DNA of 63,577 bases, counting the filler, from Octopus bimaculoides (taxonomy: Eukaryota): the NCBI RefSeq assembly GCF_001194135.2. It is 6 parts of 5 records of this genome, joined end to end, with 100 filler letters (N's around TTAATTAATTAA, not from the genome) between each part and the next. Parts side by side here need not be neighbours in the genome. Positions count along the whole stretch, not along the records: positions 33,419 to 47,267 come from NC_068998.1; positions 47,368 to 56,239 come from NC_068982.1; 4 more parts are not named here. One strand, given 5' to 3'. Every line of letters begins with the position of its first letter. The stretch's first letter is position 1. Made by a program: the position numbers and the translations under genes. This document shows, in pieces, positions 37,893 to 51,379 of this stretch. The notes beneath the pieces are model-generated. The model searched no databases. It saw nothing but the letters and a program-made list of their open reading frames with translations, and was not told where the DNA came from.

Positions 37893-38237
37893 ACTGGGAA
37901 ACACTCGCCGCAGTGCCAAGAGAGAAGCCTCAACTTCGAATGAATGAATGGACTACAAAATGTCTTGAGTACTATTTATTTTCTTCTCTCGTTTGTACAG
38001 CCATGCATGTGTGTGTGCATGTCAGTGAGTGTATGTATGTACGTACGTATGTACGTGTGTGTGTGTGTGTGTTTGTGAATAATGTATATATACATATGTA
38101 TTTGTACACGCACACACATATATTTGTGACGAGGGCGTGTGTGTGATTAGCTATAATGAATATCGCGACCGTAAATACTTATATATATATATGTATATAT
38201 ATATATGTATATATATATATGTATATATATATATATA

Positions 38238-38274
<37 letters not shown>

Positions 38275-38291
38275 GAAACACAATCTGGTTC

Positions 38292-38346
<55 letters not shown>

Positions 38347-39125
38347 CATATACATACACAAATATATTTACATGTATGTATGTATGTATGTATGGAAACG
38401 GCACTTCCTGAATACTGTCAAAGGCTACTCGGAGTTTNNNNNNNNNNNNNNNNNNNNNNNNNNNNNNNNNNNNNNNNNNNNNNNNNNNNNNNNNNNNNNN
38501 NNNNNNNNNNNNNNNNNNNNNNNNNNNNNNNNNNNNNNNNNNNNNNNNNNNNNNNNNNNNNNNNNNNNNNNNNNNNNNNNNNNNNNNNNNNNNNNNNNNN
38601 NNNNNNNNNNNNNNNNNNNNNNNNNNNNNNNNNNNNNNNNNNNNNNNNNNNNNNNNNNNNNNNNNNNNNNNNNNNNNNNNNNNNNNNNNNNNNNNNNNNN
38701 NNNNNNNNNNNNNNNNNNNNNNNNNNNNNNNNNNNNNNNNNNNNNNNNNNNNNNNNNNNNNNNNNNNNNNNNNNNNNNNNNNNNNNNNNNNNNNNNNNNN
38801 NNNNNNNNNNNNNNNNNNNNNNNNNNNNNNNNNNNNNNNNNNNNNNNNNNNNNNNNNNNNNNNNNNNNNNNNNNNNNNNNNATGTATGTATGTGTTTGCC
38901 TTCTTCCACAACATGACAACTCGTTTTGTTTACGTCGGTGTAATCTAGCGGTTCGCCAGGAAAGAGGATTGATGGAATATGTGCCAGATATTAAGTATAT
39001 ATAACTAAAATCCTTCGAAGTGGTGCCCCAGCATGGTCGCAGTCTAATGACTGAAACCAACCGTAGCTAAAAGATATATGTATGGATGTATGTATAATTG
39101 TGGTGTGTATATCTATATATGTACG

Positions 39126-39156
<31 letters not shown>

Positions 39157-39640
39157 GAGTGTATATATTTATCTGTATGTAAACACCTCACACACACGCA
39201 CACACCACACACGCACACACCATACACACAACATACACTCACACATACATATACATGGCGGTGTGGGGTACGAAGTTCGTCTATGAACCACGTGGTTCCG
39301 GGTTCCGTTTCATTTCACGACACCTTGAGTAACAATCTTCTACCTTATCTTCTTCCGGTTAACCAAACAAACTCGTCACTGTAATTTACTGAATACGTTT
39401 TATACATCTACATCTGTGTGTCTGTTCGTGTGTGCACACGAATGCGTGCATGTGTGCGAGTGCGTGCGAGCGTGTGTGCGTTCATGTGTGTGTGAGTATA
39501 CAAAGAAGAGGGTGTGTTTGTTTATATTTACGAGCGCGTTGTATCAGTTATGTCCCTTTATCTTCCGTAACTTAAAACGTTTCGATAAAGAAAATATCAC
39601 AGAACATATTAGAATATATCTATATCTATCTATTTCACCC

Positions 39641-39739
<99 letters not shown>

Positions 39740-39777
39740 CTCAAGTATGGCCACAAATCTAATAGCCGAATCCAATC

Positions 39778-39835
<58 letters not shown>

Positions 39836-39932
39836 CGTCTATCTATCTATCTGACTGTCTGTCTGTATTGTACGCATATACACGCGTTTACTTGTAAATA
39901 CGGGTGTTTGCTTTTACGATTGTGGGTGGGTG

Positions 39933-39998
<66 letters not shown>

Positions 39999-40227
39999 GT
40001 TGTTCGTGTTTCTGCACGCACCTTTGTACGTGTGTGTGTGTGTATTTGTGTACGTTTGTGCGCGCTCGGCTGCTTGTGCNNNNNNNNNNNNNNNNNNNNN
40101 NNNNNNNNNNNNNNNNNNNNNNNNNNNNNNNNNNNNNNNNNNNNNNNNNNNNNNNNNNNNNNNNNNNNATATATGTATGTATATATGTATGTATGTATAT
40201 ATGTATGTATGTATATATGTATGTATG

Positions 40228-40260
<33 letters not shown>

Positions 40261-40300
40261 ATGTATGTATATGTACTCACATACATGAGAGAGGAGCGAG
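36070..40300. repeat. Dense degenerate (CA)/(TA)/(CATA)/(GA)/(GATA) microsatellite field with SINE fragments and gaps
   Basis: Direct reading; ORFs here are C/V/Y/I/H/T dipeptide artefacts. Confidence 0.9.
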
Positions 40301-40856
40301 AAAGATTGAGAGTAGGAGAATGAGGAATAAAGACAGAAAGAACACTTGAGTGATCGTGTATGAGTGAGTGAGTGAGTGAGTAAGGGAATGAGTGAGTGCT
40401 ACTCTTGGGGATGCCCACCTAGTGTGGATGGCTTATAGTACGTTGAACGGAAGCAAAGAGGCGGTTATGAGTTATCGGTACTGGACGAAAAGTGGGTGGG
40501 ATGGAGGCGGCGACGGACTAAATGACGGACAGACAGGCAGGCAGGCAGACTGACAGACAGACTGACAGACATAGTAGGTATGCTTGCGGGTCGGTATGCT
40601 GGCTGGTTGACGAGCAAACTGGCTGGCTTGTTGACTGGCTGTGTTGATAGTGTTGTTATTATTATTATTATTATTTTGGTTTGTTTGTTAAATACAAGGC
40701 TGGACTAAAGCTTGTTGGCTGGTTGGCTGGTTGGCTGGCTGGCTGGCTGGTGCCTGTGGAAAAGTGACTGGCTCGTCCCGTCCCGTCGCAACCTTGTTTG
40801 GTTTCTTCAGGGGTCCCCCACTATGAGGGAGCAGCAGAAGAGCAGAAAATCTTCAA

Positions 40857-41121
40857 TAACAACAACAACAACAACAACAGCTACTACCACTACTACTACA
40901 ACTATAACCACAACAAGTACATCATCACCACCACCACCACCACCACCAGCAACAAAAACAACAACAAGAACGGGAGGAGGTATGGCGCTACAACCACCCT
41001 TTCAGACGGCAGTGGATGTTGGCGCTTATGAACATGATAACTGCCATTCTGTAGCTCGTCGTCGGTTGTCTAACGTAGTCTCGAAGAACAGAACACTGCA
41101 CCAACACACTCACTATTATTA

Positions 41122-41152
<31 letters not shown>

Positions 41153-41927
41153 TTCTCTCGTTATTTATGTTATTTCTACTATTATTGTTATTATTGTTGT
41201 TGTTTTGTTATTAATATAATAATTCTCTCTGCACTTCGATATCTCCATCCTTCTCGTTGTTGTTGTTGTCGTCGTCGTGGCTGTTATCTTTGTTGAAGTT
41301 GTTGTTCTTGTTGCAGTCGCTATAGAGTTAACGACGGGAGCAACAACAACAACAACAACAGCATTTAACAGACAGAAATAGTACTAACAGAAGCAGCAAC
41401 CAACACCAACACCACCACTACCACCGCCACCACAACCACCACCACTACCAACAACAACAACAGCAACATCTAAACACTATCATCGTCCCTCCATCATCAT
41501 CATCGCCGTTGTCAGGGATATTAACATCGTCATCATCATCATTACCATCACACCGTCATTGCTATTGTATTAATTACATAATTTTTGGATATTTTAGTTA
41601 ATAACAAATTTGTGTGTGTGTGTGTGTGTATATATGTAAGTGTATGTATGAATGAATAACTATGTACTAATCTAAATATATGTGTGTGTCTATGCTTGTG
41701 TGTTAGTGTGTGGGTATGTATATTTAAATACATAAATATAAATGTATGTATATATATATATATATGTGTGTGTGTATATATTATATTTATACACTGTATA
41801 AAACACTTGTCATCGAAGATAATTTCGTGATTATTTGAAATCTGTGAGTGAGACGACAGAGAGAGGGAGAGAGAAAAAGAATGTGAGAAAGAAAGAGGCG
41901 AAGGCAGAGACAAACAGACAGACAGAC

Positions 41928-41958
<31 letters not shown>

Positions 41959-42300
41959 AAATAAAGCAAAATTATTTATTTATTATAGGGGGGAAAAGAT
42001 AACATGATTTGATGTCGTTGTCATCATCACCATCATCATCATTATCGTCATTGTCATCATCAAAATCTACATCATCATCATCATCATCGGCGTCATCGTC
42101 ATCATTAAAATCCACAGCATCAGCACCATTATTGTCATCGAAATCGTCATCATCAACATCGTCATCACAATATCTATCATTACCGTTTCACATAATTATT
42201 TTTTCATCATAAATACTCATAAATCGCTATTGTAATTTGGAACCATGGAATGACAACAACAACAACAACAATAATAATTAATAATAATAATAATAGTAAT
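40857..42300. repeat. Trinucleotide islands (ACA, CCA, TTA, TGT, TCA)
   Basis: Direct reading. Confidence 0.85.
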
Positions 42301-42354
42301 AATAGACACATAGTACACACATACACAAATACATACATACATATATACATTATA

Positions 42355-42387
<33 letters not shown>

Positions 42388-42909
42388 NNNNNNNNNNNNN
42401 NNNNNNNNNNNNNNNNNNNNNNNNNNNNNNNNNNNNNNNNNNNNNNNNNNNNNNNNNNNNNNNNNNNNNNNNNNNNNNNNNNNNNNNNNNNNNNNNNNNN
42501 NNNNNNNNNNNNNNNNNNNNNNNNNNNNNNNNNNNNNNNNNNNNNNNNNNNNNNNNNNNNNNNNNNNNNNNNNNNNNNNNNNNNNNNNNNNNNNNNNNNN
42601 NNNNNNNNNNNNNNNNNNNNNNNNNNNNNNNNNNNNNNNNNNNNNNNNNNNNNNNNNNNNNNNNNNNNNNNNNNNNNNNNNNNNNNNNNNNNNNNNNNNN
42701 NNNNNNNNNNNNNNNNNNNNNNNNNNNNNNNNNNNNNNNNNNNNNNNNNNNNNNNNNNNNNNNNNNNNNNNNNNNNNNNNNNNNNNNNNNNNNNNNNNNN
42801 NNNNNNNNNNNNNNNNNNNNNNNNNNNNNNNNNNNNNNNNNNNNNNNNNNNNNNNNNNNNNNNNNNNNNNNNNNNNNNNNNNNNNNNNNNNNNNNNNNNN
42901 NNNNNNNNN

Positions 42910-43001
<92 letters not shown>

Positions 43002-43048
43002 ATATGTATGTATTGCATGTTTATACACATGTCAGGTGGGACATATTT

Positions 43049-43081
<33 letters not shown>

Positions 43082-44350
43082 TGTCCATGTATGTTGTATG
43101 TATATTTATTATGTATATTTCACATGAAACGTGTGTATATATCNNNNNNNNNNTTATGTATATTTCACATGAAACGTGTGTATATATCTGTATTAAGCAT
43201 ATGTATACACATACTAGAAATACTTTCTGTACGGACGTATGTATGCTATATATGTATACAAGTTTGTATGTATGTATGTATTATTATCTATATTATATAG
43301 TGATAAATATTTAATATGTATATATTTTGCATATATATTCTATTAAACATTGATACACAGCATATATATATATATATATATATATATANNNNNNNNNNNN
43401 NNNNNNNNNNNNNNNNNNNNNNNNNNNNNNNNNNNNNNNNNNNNNNNNNNNNNNNNNNNNNNNNNNNNNNNNNNNNNNNNNNNNNNNNNNNNNNNNNNNN
43501 NNNNNNNNNNNNNNNNNNNNNNNNNNNNNNNNNNNNNNNNNNNNNNNNNNNNNNNNNNNNNNNNNNNNNNNNNNNNNNNNNNNNNNNNNNNNNNNNNNNN
43601 NNNNNNNNNNNNNNNNNNNNNNNNNNNNNNNNNNNNNNNNNNNNNNNNNNNNNNNNNNNNNNNNNNNNNNNNNNNNNNNNNNNNNNNNNNNNNNNNNNNN
43701 NNNNNNNNNNNNNNNNNNNNNNNNNNNNNNNNNNNNNNNNNNNNNNNNNNNNNNNNNNNNNNNNNNNNNNNNNNNNNNNNNNNNNNNNNNNNNNNNNNNN
43801 NNNNNNNNNNNNNNNNNNNNNNNNNNNNNNNNNNNNNNNNNNNNNNNNNNNNNNNNNNNNNNNNNNNNNNNNNNNNNNNNNNNNNNNNNNNNNNNNNNNN
43901 NNNNNNNNNNNNNNNNNNNNNNNNNNNNNNNNNNNNNNNNNNNNNNNNNNNNNNNNNNNNNNNNNNNNNNNNNNNNNNNNNNNNNNNNNNNNNNNNNNNN
44001 NNNNNNNNNNNNNNNNNNNNNNNNNNNNNNNNNNNNNNNNNNNNNNNNNNNNNNNNNNNNNNNNNNNNNNNNNNNNNNNNNNNNNNNNNNNNNNNNNNNN
44101 NNNNNNNNNNNNNNNNNNNNNNNNNNNNNNNNNNNNNNNNNNNNNNNNNNNNNNNNNNNNNNNNNNNNNNNNNNNNNNNNNNNNNNNNNNNNNNNNNNNN
44201 NNNNNNNNNNNNNNNNNNNNNNNNNNNNNNNNNNNNNNNNNNNNNNNNNNNNNNNNNNNNNNNNNNNNNNNNNNNNNNNNNNNNNNNNNNNNNNNNNNNN
44301 NNNNNNNNNNNNNNNNNNNACACACACACACACACACACATGGATATATG

Positions 44351-44381
<31 letters not shown>

Positions 44382-44659
44382 GGCACACACAAATTTTTTT
44401 GATAAGGAAAATGGAAATGCTATCTATCTATCTGTATGTGTGTGTCTATGTGTATATATATATACCTCTCTCTCTCTGTAAGTGTGTTTGTCTTACCTTT
44501 CTATATATTTATGTACATATGTATATATATGGGAGTATATGCATGTAGGTTTGTGTGTATATTGTATGTATGTTATGTATGTATGTATGCATGTATGCAT
44601 GTATGTATGTATGTATGTATGTATGTATGTATTATGTGTGTGTGTCTTTTATTTTTTTA

Positions 44660-44785
44660 ATTATTATAAATCCTCCAGTGAGGACGGGGCCGGTTTCCTA
44701 CAAAGACACAAAGCTCCATCTTTGGGATGTAGTTAACAGACAAATTCACATTTGGAACTTGACAAAAGTCTTGCATGTTTTTACT
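44660..44785 (-). mobile_element. Extreme 3' end of an RLE LINE related to 4400-4770, embedded in (TATG)n
   Basis: TGTVKTCKTFVKFQM* matches TGTVKICKTFHKFII*. Confidence 0.7.
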
Positions 44786-45257
44786 GTTCCAGTATGTACG
44801 TGTGTATGTATGTATGTATGTATGTATGTACGTACGTACGTATGTATGTACGTACGTACGTATGTATGTATGTATGTATGTATGTATGCACGTACATACG
44901 TGCGTACGTATGTATGTATGTATGTATGTATGCACGTACATACGTGCGTACGTATGTATATATGCATGTATGTCTGTATGTACACACCCATCAACATACC
45001 TGTGGAACCATTCATCCGTTCATTCACCAATCCAACCAACAGCCATCTCCTACACCACCCCTTCTCTCCCTCTGTCTTTACCCCCCCGCCTCTACCTGTG
45101 CACACCTTCCTCACAAATATTTCTTCCCCCACCCCACCCCAGCAAACCCTCAATGTTCCCCATTTACATTTTTTAAGCTAGCAATATGTTGTACTACGCT
45201 GTGGCGGCGGCGGGAGACTGGCATATTAGGCAGAATGGCAGGGAAAACGCCATTCTT

Positions 45258-45308
45258 CCGGTGTTTCCTTAGCAACCTTCGGTATTTCCTTAGCAACCTC
45301 CGGTGTTC
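45258..45308. promoter_or_regulatory. 21-bp tandem repeat (2.4 units), each full unit containing an RFX X-box-like 14-mer
   Basis: GTTTCCTTAGCAAC (45263-45276) and ATTTCCTTAGCAAC (45284-45297) fit RTHNYYWTRRNRAC; ETS-like CTTCCGG adjacent. Confidence 0.35.
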
Positions 45309-45449
45309 TGTGATATAAAGCCCACATCCAGTCAGGTGTTCGATAAAATAAATTACAAATCAGATATCAGAGATCAATATTAGTTATCTCTATCGAACCC
45401 TATTTCAATTTGTGACATTCTACCTATGTAACATATCAATATTCCTTAT

Positions 45450-45840
45450 TGTTTACTTGCTTCAGTCATTGGATTGCGACCATACTGGGGCACCGCTTTG
45501 AAGAATTTTTTTTAGTCGAATTAATCGATCCCACTATTTATTCATATATAATTTTTTTTTAAAGCTTGGTACTTATATTATTGGTTTCGTTGGCCGGACC
45601 GCTTAGTTAAGGAGACGTAAACACACCAACACCGGTTGTCAAACGGTGGTTGGGAACACACGGACGCACATACACACATACACACACACTACGGGCTTCT
45701 TTCAGTTTCCGTCTGCCATATCCACTCACAAGGCTCTGGTCGACCCGAAGCTATAGTAGAAGGCAATTGCCCAAGGTGCCACGCAATGGGACTGAACCCG
45801 GAACCACTTTGTTGAGAAACAAACTTCTTACCACACAACC
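45450..45840 (-). mobile_element. SINE family B, full length
   Basis: Homology to 28780-29200. Confidence 0.9.
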
Positions 45841-46014
45841 GTGAATCTTATGAATCTTCTGGGAAGGACATTGAATGGTAATGGAACAACATAGGAAAAG
45901 TATGCTAGGGGGTCGTGTGAGGTGGGGGACGGGGAGACTGCTGAATATAAATTTATTGAAGGATGCGATGTTTAATGAAAACTGAAACGGTTGGGGGTCC
46001 CATACTTCAGAAAT

Positions 46015-46295
46015 AGTTCAGTTCTATATATAAAAGATGAGGATTTATTTACATTATTTACATTTGACGGATATTTGTCCTCATCTTGTTTGTTGTTAAC
46101 ACAACTTTTCGGCTGATACACCCTATAGCCTTCATCAGGTGTCTTGAGGAAATTTCGAACCTGGGTTCTCATTCCTAAGGTACTTTTCAATGTTATTATT
46201 ATTATTATTATTATTCAGGTCAATTCCTGGAATCGAACTCGGAATCTAGGGGTTAGTAACTTGCACTCTTAACCACTACGCCATATGCCCGTGGC
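46015..46295 (-). mobile_element. Hammerhead-bearing SINE, copy E, with complete tRNA head
   Basis: A box TGGCGTAGTGG (46273-46283), B box GAGTTCGATTCC (46229-46240), (TAA)n, ribozyme 46098-46143 (stem III C to A hit), tail. Confidence 0.9.
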
Positions 46296-46304
46296 AGTGA
46301 TCAG

Positions 46305-46305
46305 A

Positions 46306-46354
<49 letters not shown>

Positions 46355-46515
46355 CAACAACATCGAAAAATACCTTAGGAATGAGAACCCAGGTTCGAAA
46401 TTTCCCCCAAGACACCTAATGAAGGCTGGAGGATATATCAGCCAAAACGTTGTGTTAACAACAAAAAAAGATGGTGACAAATATCCGTCAAAAGTAAATA
46501 ATGTAAATAATTCTG
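46305..46515 (+). mobile_element. Hammerhead-bearing SINE, copy F, headless, inverted against copy E
   Basis: (TAA)n-CATCGAAAAATACCTTAGGAATGAGAACCCAGG...GACAC-CTAATGA..CAGCC-AAAACGTT-GTGTT (G5A and G12A hits, 46411-46456). Confidence 0.9.
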
Positions 46516-47419
46516 AAATAGTTGTATAAAAAACCTGTACTCGCGCGCGCACTCATACACACACATACACACACACACATAATGTAATGTAAGCATTATT
46601 CTGCATTTTTATTGGTTACATTCATTGGCCTTTGGCAATTTTGAAGTATTGTCCTGTACGTAGCAATCAGAGACATCGGTTACATTAATTATTTCATGAT
46701 TGGTAACTTAATTTATCAAACCTGCCAAAGTTTAAGAAGGAAGGTGGATCTAGATAAGATTGGAAACTTAACACCTATTTTGTCCAACTCTTCACCGATT
46801 TTGCCATCGATTCGTGTAACATGGCCGCGAATGTACGCAAACATACATACATAGATGTATGTATACCAGTGTGCGTATGTTTCTGTAGGTGTCTACATAT
46901 AGACCCTGCTATGTCAAGATGGACTTATATATTCTTCCTCTGCTCTCTCCCACTTGGTTTTAATATGTTGCCACATTTGTAATATATCTTTTTTTCTACA
47001 TTTTTTCTACATTTTTTCGTGCAGCTGAAGATTGCTCTTCATATTGCATTTAAGGTAATGCTCACATTACTTAAATAAATTGAAGTAGCATGAAACGTGC
47101 GTACTGCAATCACTTTTGAAATCCGTGTTGCTTATTATTTGATTTTAATCACCCATCCTTTTGGGATGTGATATTCGGGTGCCTTCGCATAAGTACCATA
47201 TTCAAGCCTTGAATCTATATATATATATATATGTATGTATATATACATAAATATATAAATGTGTATANNNNNNNNNNNNNNNNNNNNNNNNNNNNNNNNN
47301 NNNNNNNNNNNTTAATTAATTAANNNNNNNNNNNNNNNNNNNNNNNNNNNNNNNNNNNNNNNNNNNNTGTTGTTGTTGTTGTTGTTGTCGTCGTTGCTGC
47401 TGCTGCTGCTGCTGTTGTC

Positions 47420-49260
47420 GTATAGTCAATTTGGAGATGTCATTAACCCTTTTTATTTTCTGCGGAAAACAGTCTTATATCTTGATCTATCGTTTGTCGA
47501 AGATTATCAACTTTGAAACTACTTTCTGTTGAGATATGTCAAGGTTATTAAGTTAACATGACTTACAGAAAATACCATTTCTATTCTATTTTCGTTTATT
47601 TATTTATTTATTTTTTGGTAACAATTTAGCATCATTTCTAGAATAACCATGCAATTTAATTTCGCACTTAAATGGTTAATGTACAAACTGTTCACTTCCC
47701 GTGAACTGAGGTGTATGTTCTTTTTAAGCCTCAAGGACTTTGCGGAGACTCATTGCACGGTCAAGAAATGTTTTTTGGATATGTTCTATGTTCATTTTAT
47801 GCATATCGTGCCCACCCACTTTTTAATTTCTTTGCTCATTTTACCTTATATATATTGGCACAGTAAATACATTTTTCATTCACCATACCTTATTTTATCA
47901 ACTTGCATATCATTTTAGGCGATAACCCGCTTTTATCAGTTTTAGCTTTTCTAGCCATTTGGTTTTCACTTTTTTTCCTTTTATCAAATAACATTCTAAA
48001 ATCTTTTGCTTCCTTCTACATCTGAAATCACCCCTTCATGACTGATTCTCCCTTTTAACTCTGGGTGAAATTATTTTCAGGTCCATTATGAATAAATTGT
48101 TTTGTCTATATTGAATTATTCGTTGTTCATACCATACAACCTTTGCTGTTAACGAAATCCTTTTTGTTTTGTTGTTTTAATTCTGCTATAATCATTATTA
48201 GACCTTTTTCTTTATATTTTTATGTTGTACTTCGTATCCAAGCTCACTATACTCCCTTATAGATTTCGAGACTCTTTATTTTTCAAATCATTAATATTCC
48301 TTCTCAGCACCTCTATATTTTCAAGTATTCATTATTTTTTTTTACCGTGGATCATTCATATTATTGTTCTTTCCTATATACTTTAAGCTTATCTCATTAA
48401 CTGCAGGTGTACTTGCAGCTCTTAACAAATTATTTCTGTTGTATTGCTGGTGATAATGTTTATGACTATTAATCTTCCTTGCAATTTCGTTCAATCTACA
48501 TCGTTCAATATTTTTAAAAGATTTCTATTCAACAAAGTCATTGTTTTTCATATTTTTAACTTTTTCTGTCGCTATCATTTCATTATCTTCATTTAAATCA
48601 CTGTCATTGTTCGTTAGTTGATCACTCTCCTCTGATAATTCCAGCTCCCCTGCAACACTATTCTCTGTTTCATCATTAATCTTTTCAAAAACCTGCCTTT
48701 CCAGCCTTTACCCTAGTTTGTTCAAGTTCTAATTTATCCATTTTTTTTTCTAATCGCCATAGCTTAGTCACAAATACTTTGTTCCGGTGCATGAAATAAG
48801 TTCTTTTCTCTCCACTCTCGATACAGTCACTGTCTGTATATTTTAATTCTATTTTATTTACTGAGTTACTTTAACGAGAGCATTCCATAACAATAATTTC
48901 CTTTTCGTGCGTGCATGAATCGGATTATGGTTGAGTGGTGCCTAATGTTCCACATTAACCTGAGCATGTGAAGAACTGCATTCAGAGTTCCATTTCTATT
49001 CGCGTTGCTATTTGTATCAATTCCATAAAACTTCTGCATCCTTATAACAATATCTTAGTGAACTTAAGGTTGCACGACTACCAATAGTTTTATCGAGACA
49101 CCCTTTAATTGAAGGTCGTCAACCAAGATTAAAGGACTTCTTTTACCCATGAGACACGGCTGTATTCACCAAACCATACTTCCTTTTGTACCTCCTAAAG
49201 TTGCTACAAGGGCTCGCCAGTGTAGAAGAACCTAGAATGGCTACTCGCCGCCTCTCCTAC
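47420..49260 (-). mobile_element. Decayed N-terminal part of an R4/Dong-like LINE ORF
   Basis: KVVWYEQRIIQYRQNNLF..D; EGSKRF..VI.DK...WLEK resemble the pre-RT region; many stops. Confidence 0.4.
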
Positions 49261-50635
49261 AGGTAGTAAGTAATAATAAAATGTAGCTGTACAGTGTTTC
49301 AGGTAACTTACGTTTGCAGCACAATTTTGAATTCTAAATGTGACCATTCTATTTCACATGTATCCATAACTGATACTTTGTCTCTGTCCAAAAAATTGTT
49401 GTATCACAAGTGAGTCCCACATCTTATTGGCTTTATAAAAGACTCCATACATACTTTATACATTCTGTTTTATAAAGTTAGTCTGGCAGCGTCCAGTCTT
49501 CTTTAAGCGACATATGAAGTCAGTACTGCAATTTAAAGAAATACTTCTCAGATATGCAATGCTTCCATTGTTTTGAGCTGTGGACTGTGTGTTGCAATGG
49601 TATCTATTTGCAGCTAGATGAACTAGTGGGCGGTTAAAAGTTAATTACTTTGGCTACTGATACAGTACAATATATGCGAACTACTGCCTGTTCTGTCATC
49701 ATTATCAACTCAGTTGCGTCTCCTTAATACACATTTATAACTAAATATAACAATCGATGGCTACATGCATATAATCTGTAGGAGACTATCATCATTAACC
49801 TTTACATCCTTTGGGAGAGCTGAAAAGTTTACAGGGCTTAGAAGTAACTTTGATGATTTGATGATAGAAACGGAAGAATGAAAATATCTGTTTAAATAAT
49901 ATAGCAGAAAATGGATAGCCATGTTAGTTTAGAGAGCTTAAACGACATTATTTATAATATATTCTCTCATCTGAGTGAGATAAGTCAACAGATAAATCAA
50001 ATATATATCTGCTGGCTTATGCACAATCAAAGTCCTCTCAATATTGCATTTAGCCGAAGTTATCGATAGTATTTTGATATGGTATATGTCGAGTAGTTCC
50101 TGTAGTCTCTTGATGATATTCAAATTGAGTGGAACGCAGAGAAGACACACACACACATCAACACGTACATACATCAACACATACATACACACACACACAC
50201 ACACACATGCAAATGTAATATGATCACACATACACACACACACAAATAGATAGGCTATTGTTTATACATCTTATACTCAACAATATTAGTGAAAGCATGT
50301 ATAAGGAGAGAAAGAGGGATAGACTGAATAAAAGAGAGATTTTAGCTTAATATTTGAACAAGAATGTGGGCAGCAAAAAAATGCAAAACAAACACACGTC
50401 ATTATCGAAATGAAGTTCCGTTTTAGTCATTTAGTTGACAAACCAAACTGTCAAGGATAGAGGTTTGCTAACATTTTGCTACTATGTCACGACCAAGCAA
50501 GTATATTTGCCTCTAGACCTCACTTTTGGGAAACATTTTGTAAATGAAGAGCAATGTACACATAATACACTTTCAAAATTGTGTGCGCGCACGCGTGTGT
50601 GTGTGTGTGGGTGCGTGGGACATGTGTGACCATCT

Positions 50636-50671
<36 letters not shown>

Positions 50672-51273
50672 NNNNNNNNNNNNNNNNNNNNNNNNNNNNN
50701 NNNNNNNNNNNNNNNNNNNNNNNNNNNNNNNNNNNNNNNNNNNNNNNNNNNNNNNNNNNNNNNNNNNNNNNNNNNNNNNNNNNNNNNNNNNNNNNNNNNN
50801 NNNNNNNNNNNNNNNNNNNNNNNNNNNNNNNNNNNNNNNNNNNNNNNNNNNNNNNNNNNNNNNNNNNNNNNNNNNNNNNNNNNNNNNNNNNNNNNNNNNN
50901 NNNNNNNNNNNNNNNNNNNNNNNNNNNNNNNNNNNNNNNNNNNNNNNNNNNNNNNNNNNNNNNNNNNNNNNNNNNNNNNNNNNNNNNNNNNNNNNNNNNN
51001 NNNNNNNNNNNNNNNNNNNNNNNNNNNNNNNNNNNNNNNNNNNNNNNNNNNNNNNNNNNNNNNNNNNNNNNNNNNNNNNNNNNNNNNNNNNNNNNNNNNN
51101 NNNNNNNNNNNNNNNNNNNNNNNNNNNNNNNNNNNNNNNNNNNNNNNNNNNNNNNNNNNNNNNNNNNNNNNNNNNNNNNNNNNNNNNNNNNNNAGTAATG
51201 ATGAAAGTTAAATAAAAAATACAAGGAAGAAAAAAATTAAAAGCCAGGATAGTTAAGGATTGTTAAAATAGGA

Positions 51274-51361
51274 TACCAACGCCCGTTTCTAGAGGTTAAT
51301 TGCCGGTAAAAATAAGGGGATATAGTACTCATTATTTAGCAATTCCTCCTTTTTCAGGGTA
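51274..51361 (-). ncRNA. Decayed hammerhead-like motif just downstream of a PLE ORF
   Basis: UACC-CUGAAAA-A-GGAGG-AAUUGC...GCAAUU-AA-CCUCU-A-GAA-ACG(GG)CGU-U/GGUA. Confidence 0.4.
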
Positions 51362-51379
51362 GCAGGTTTTACATTTGCA

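Noticed and set aside
46215-46294. tRNA gene call for the SINE heads
   Set aside because: A and B boxes are present, but the acceptor stem is not closed and the head runs directly into repeat bodies; these are SINE promoters, not tRNA genes.
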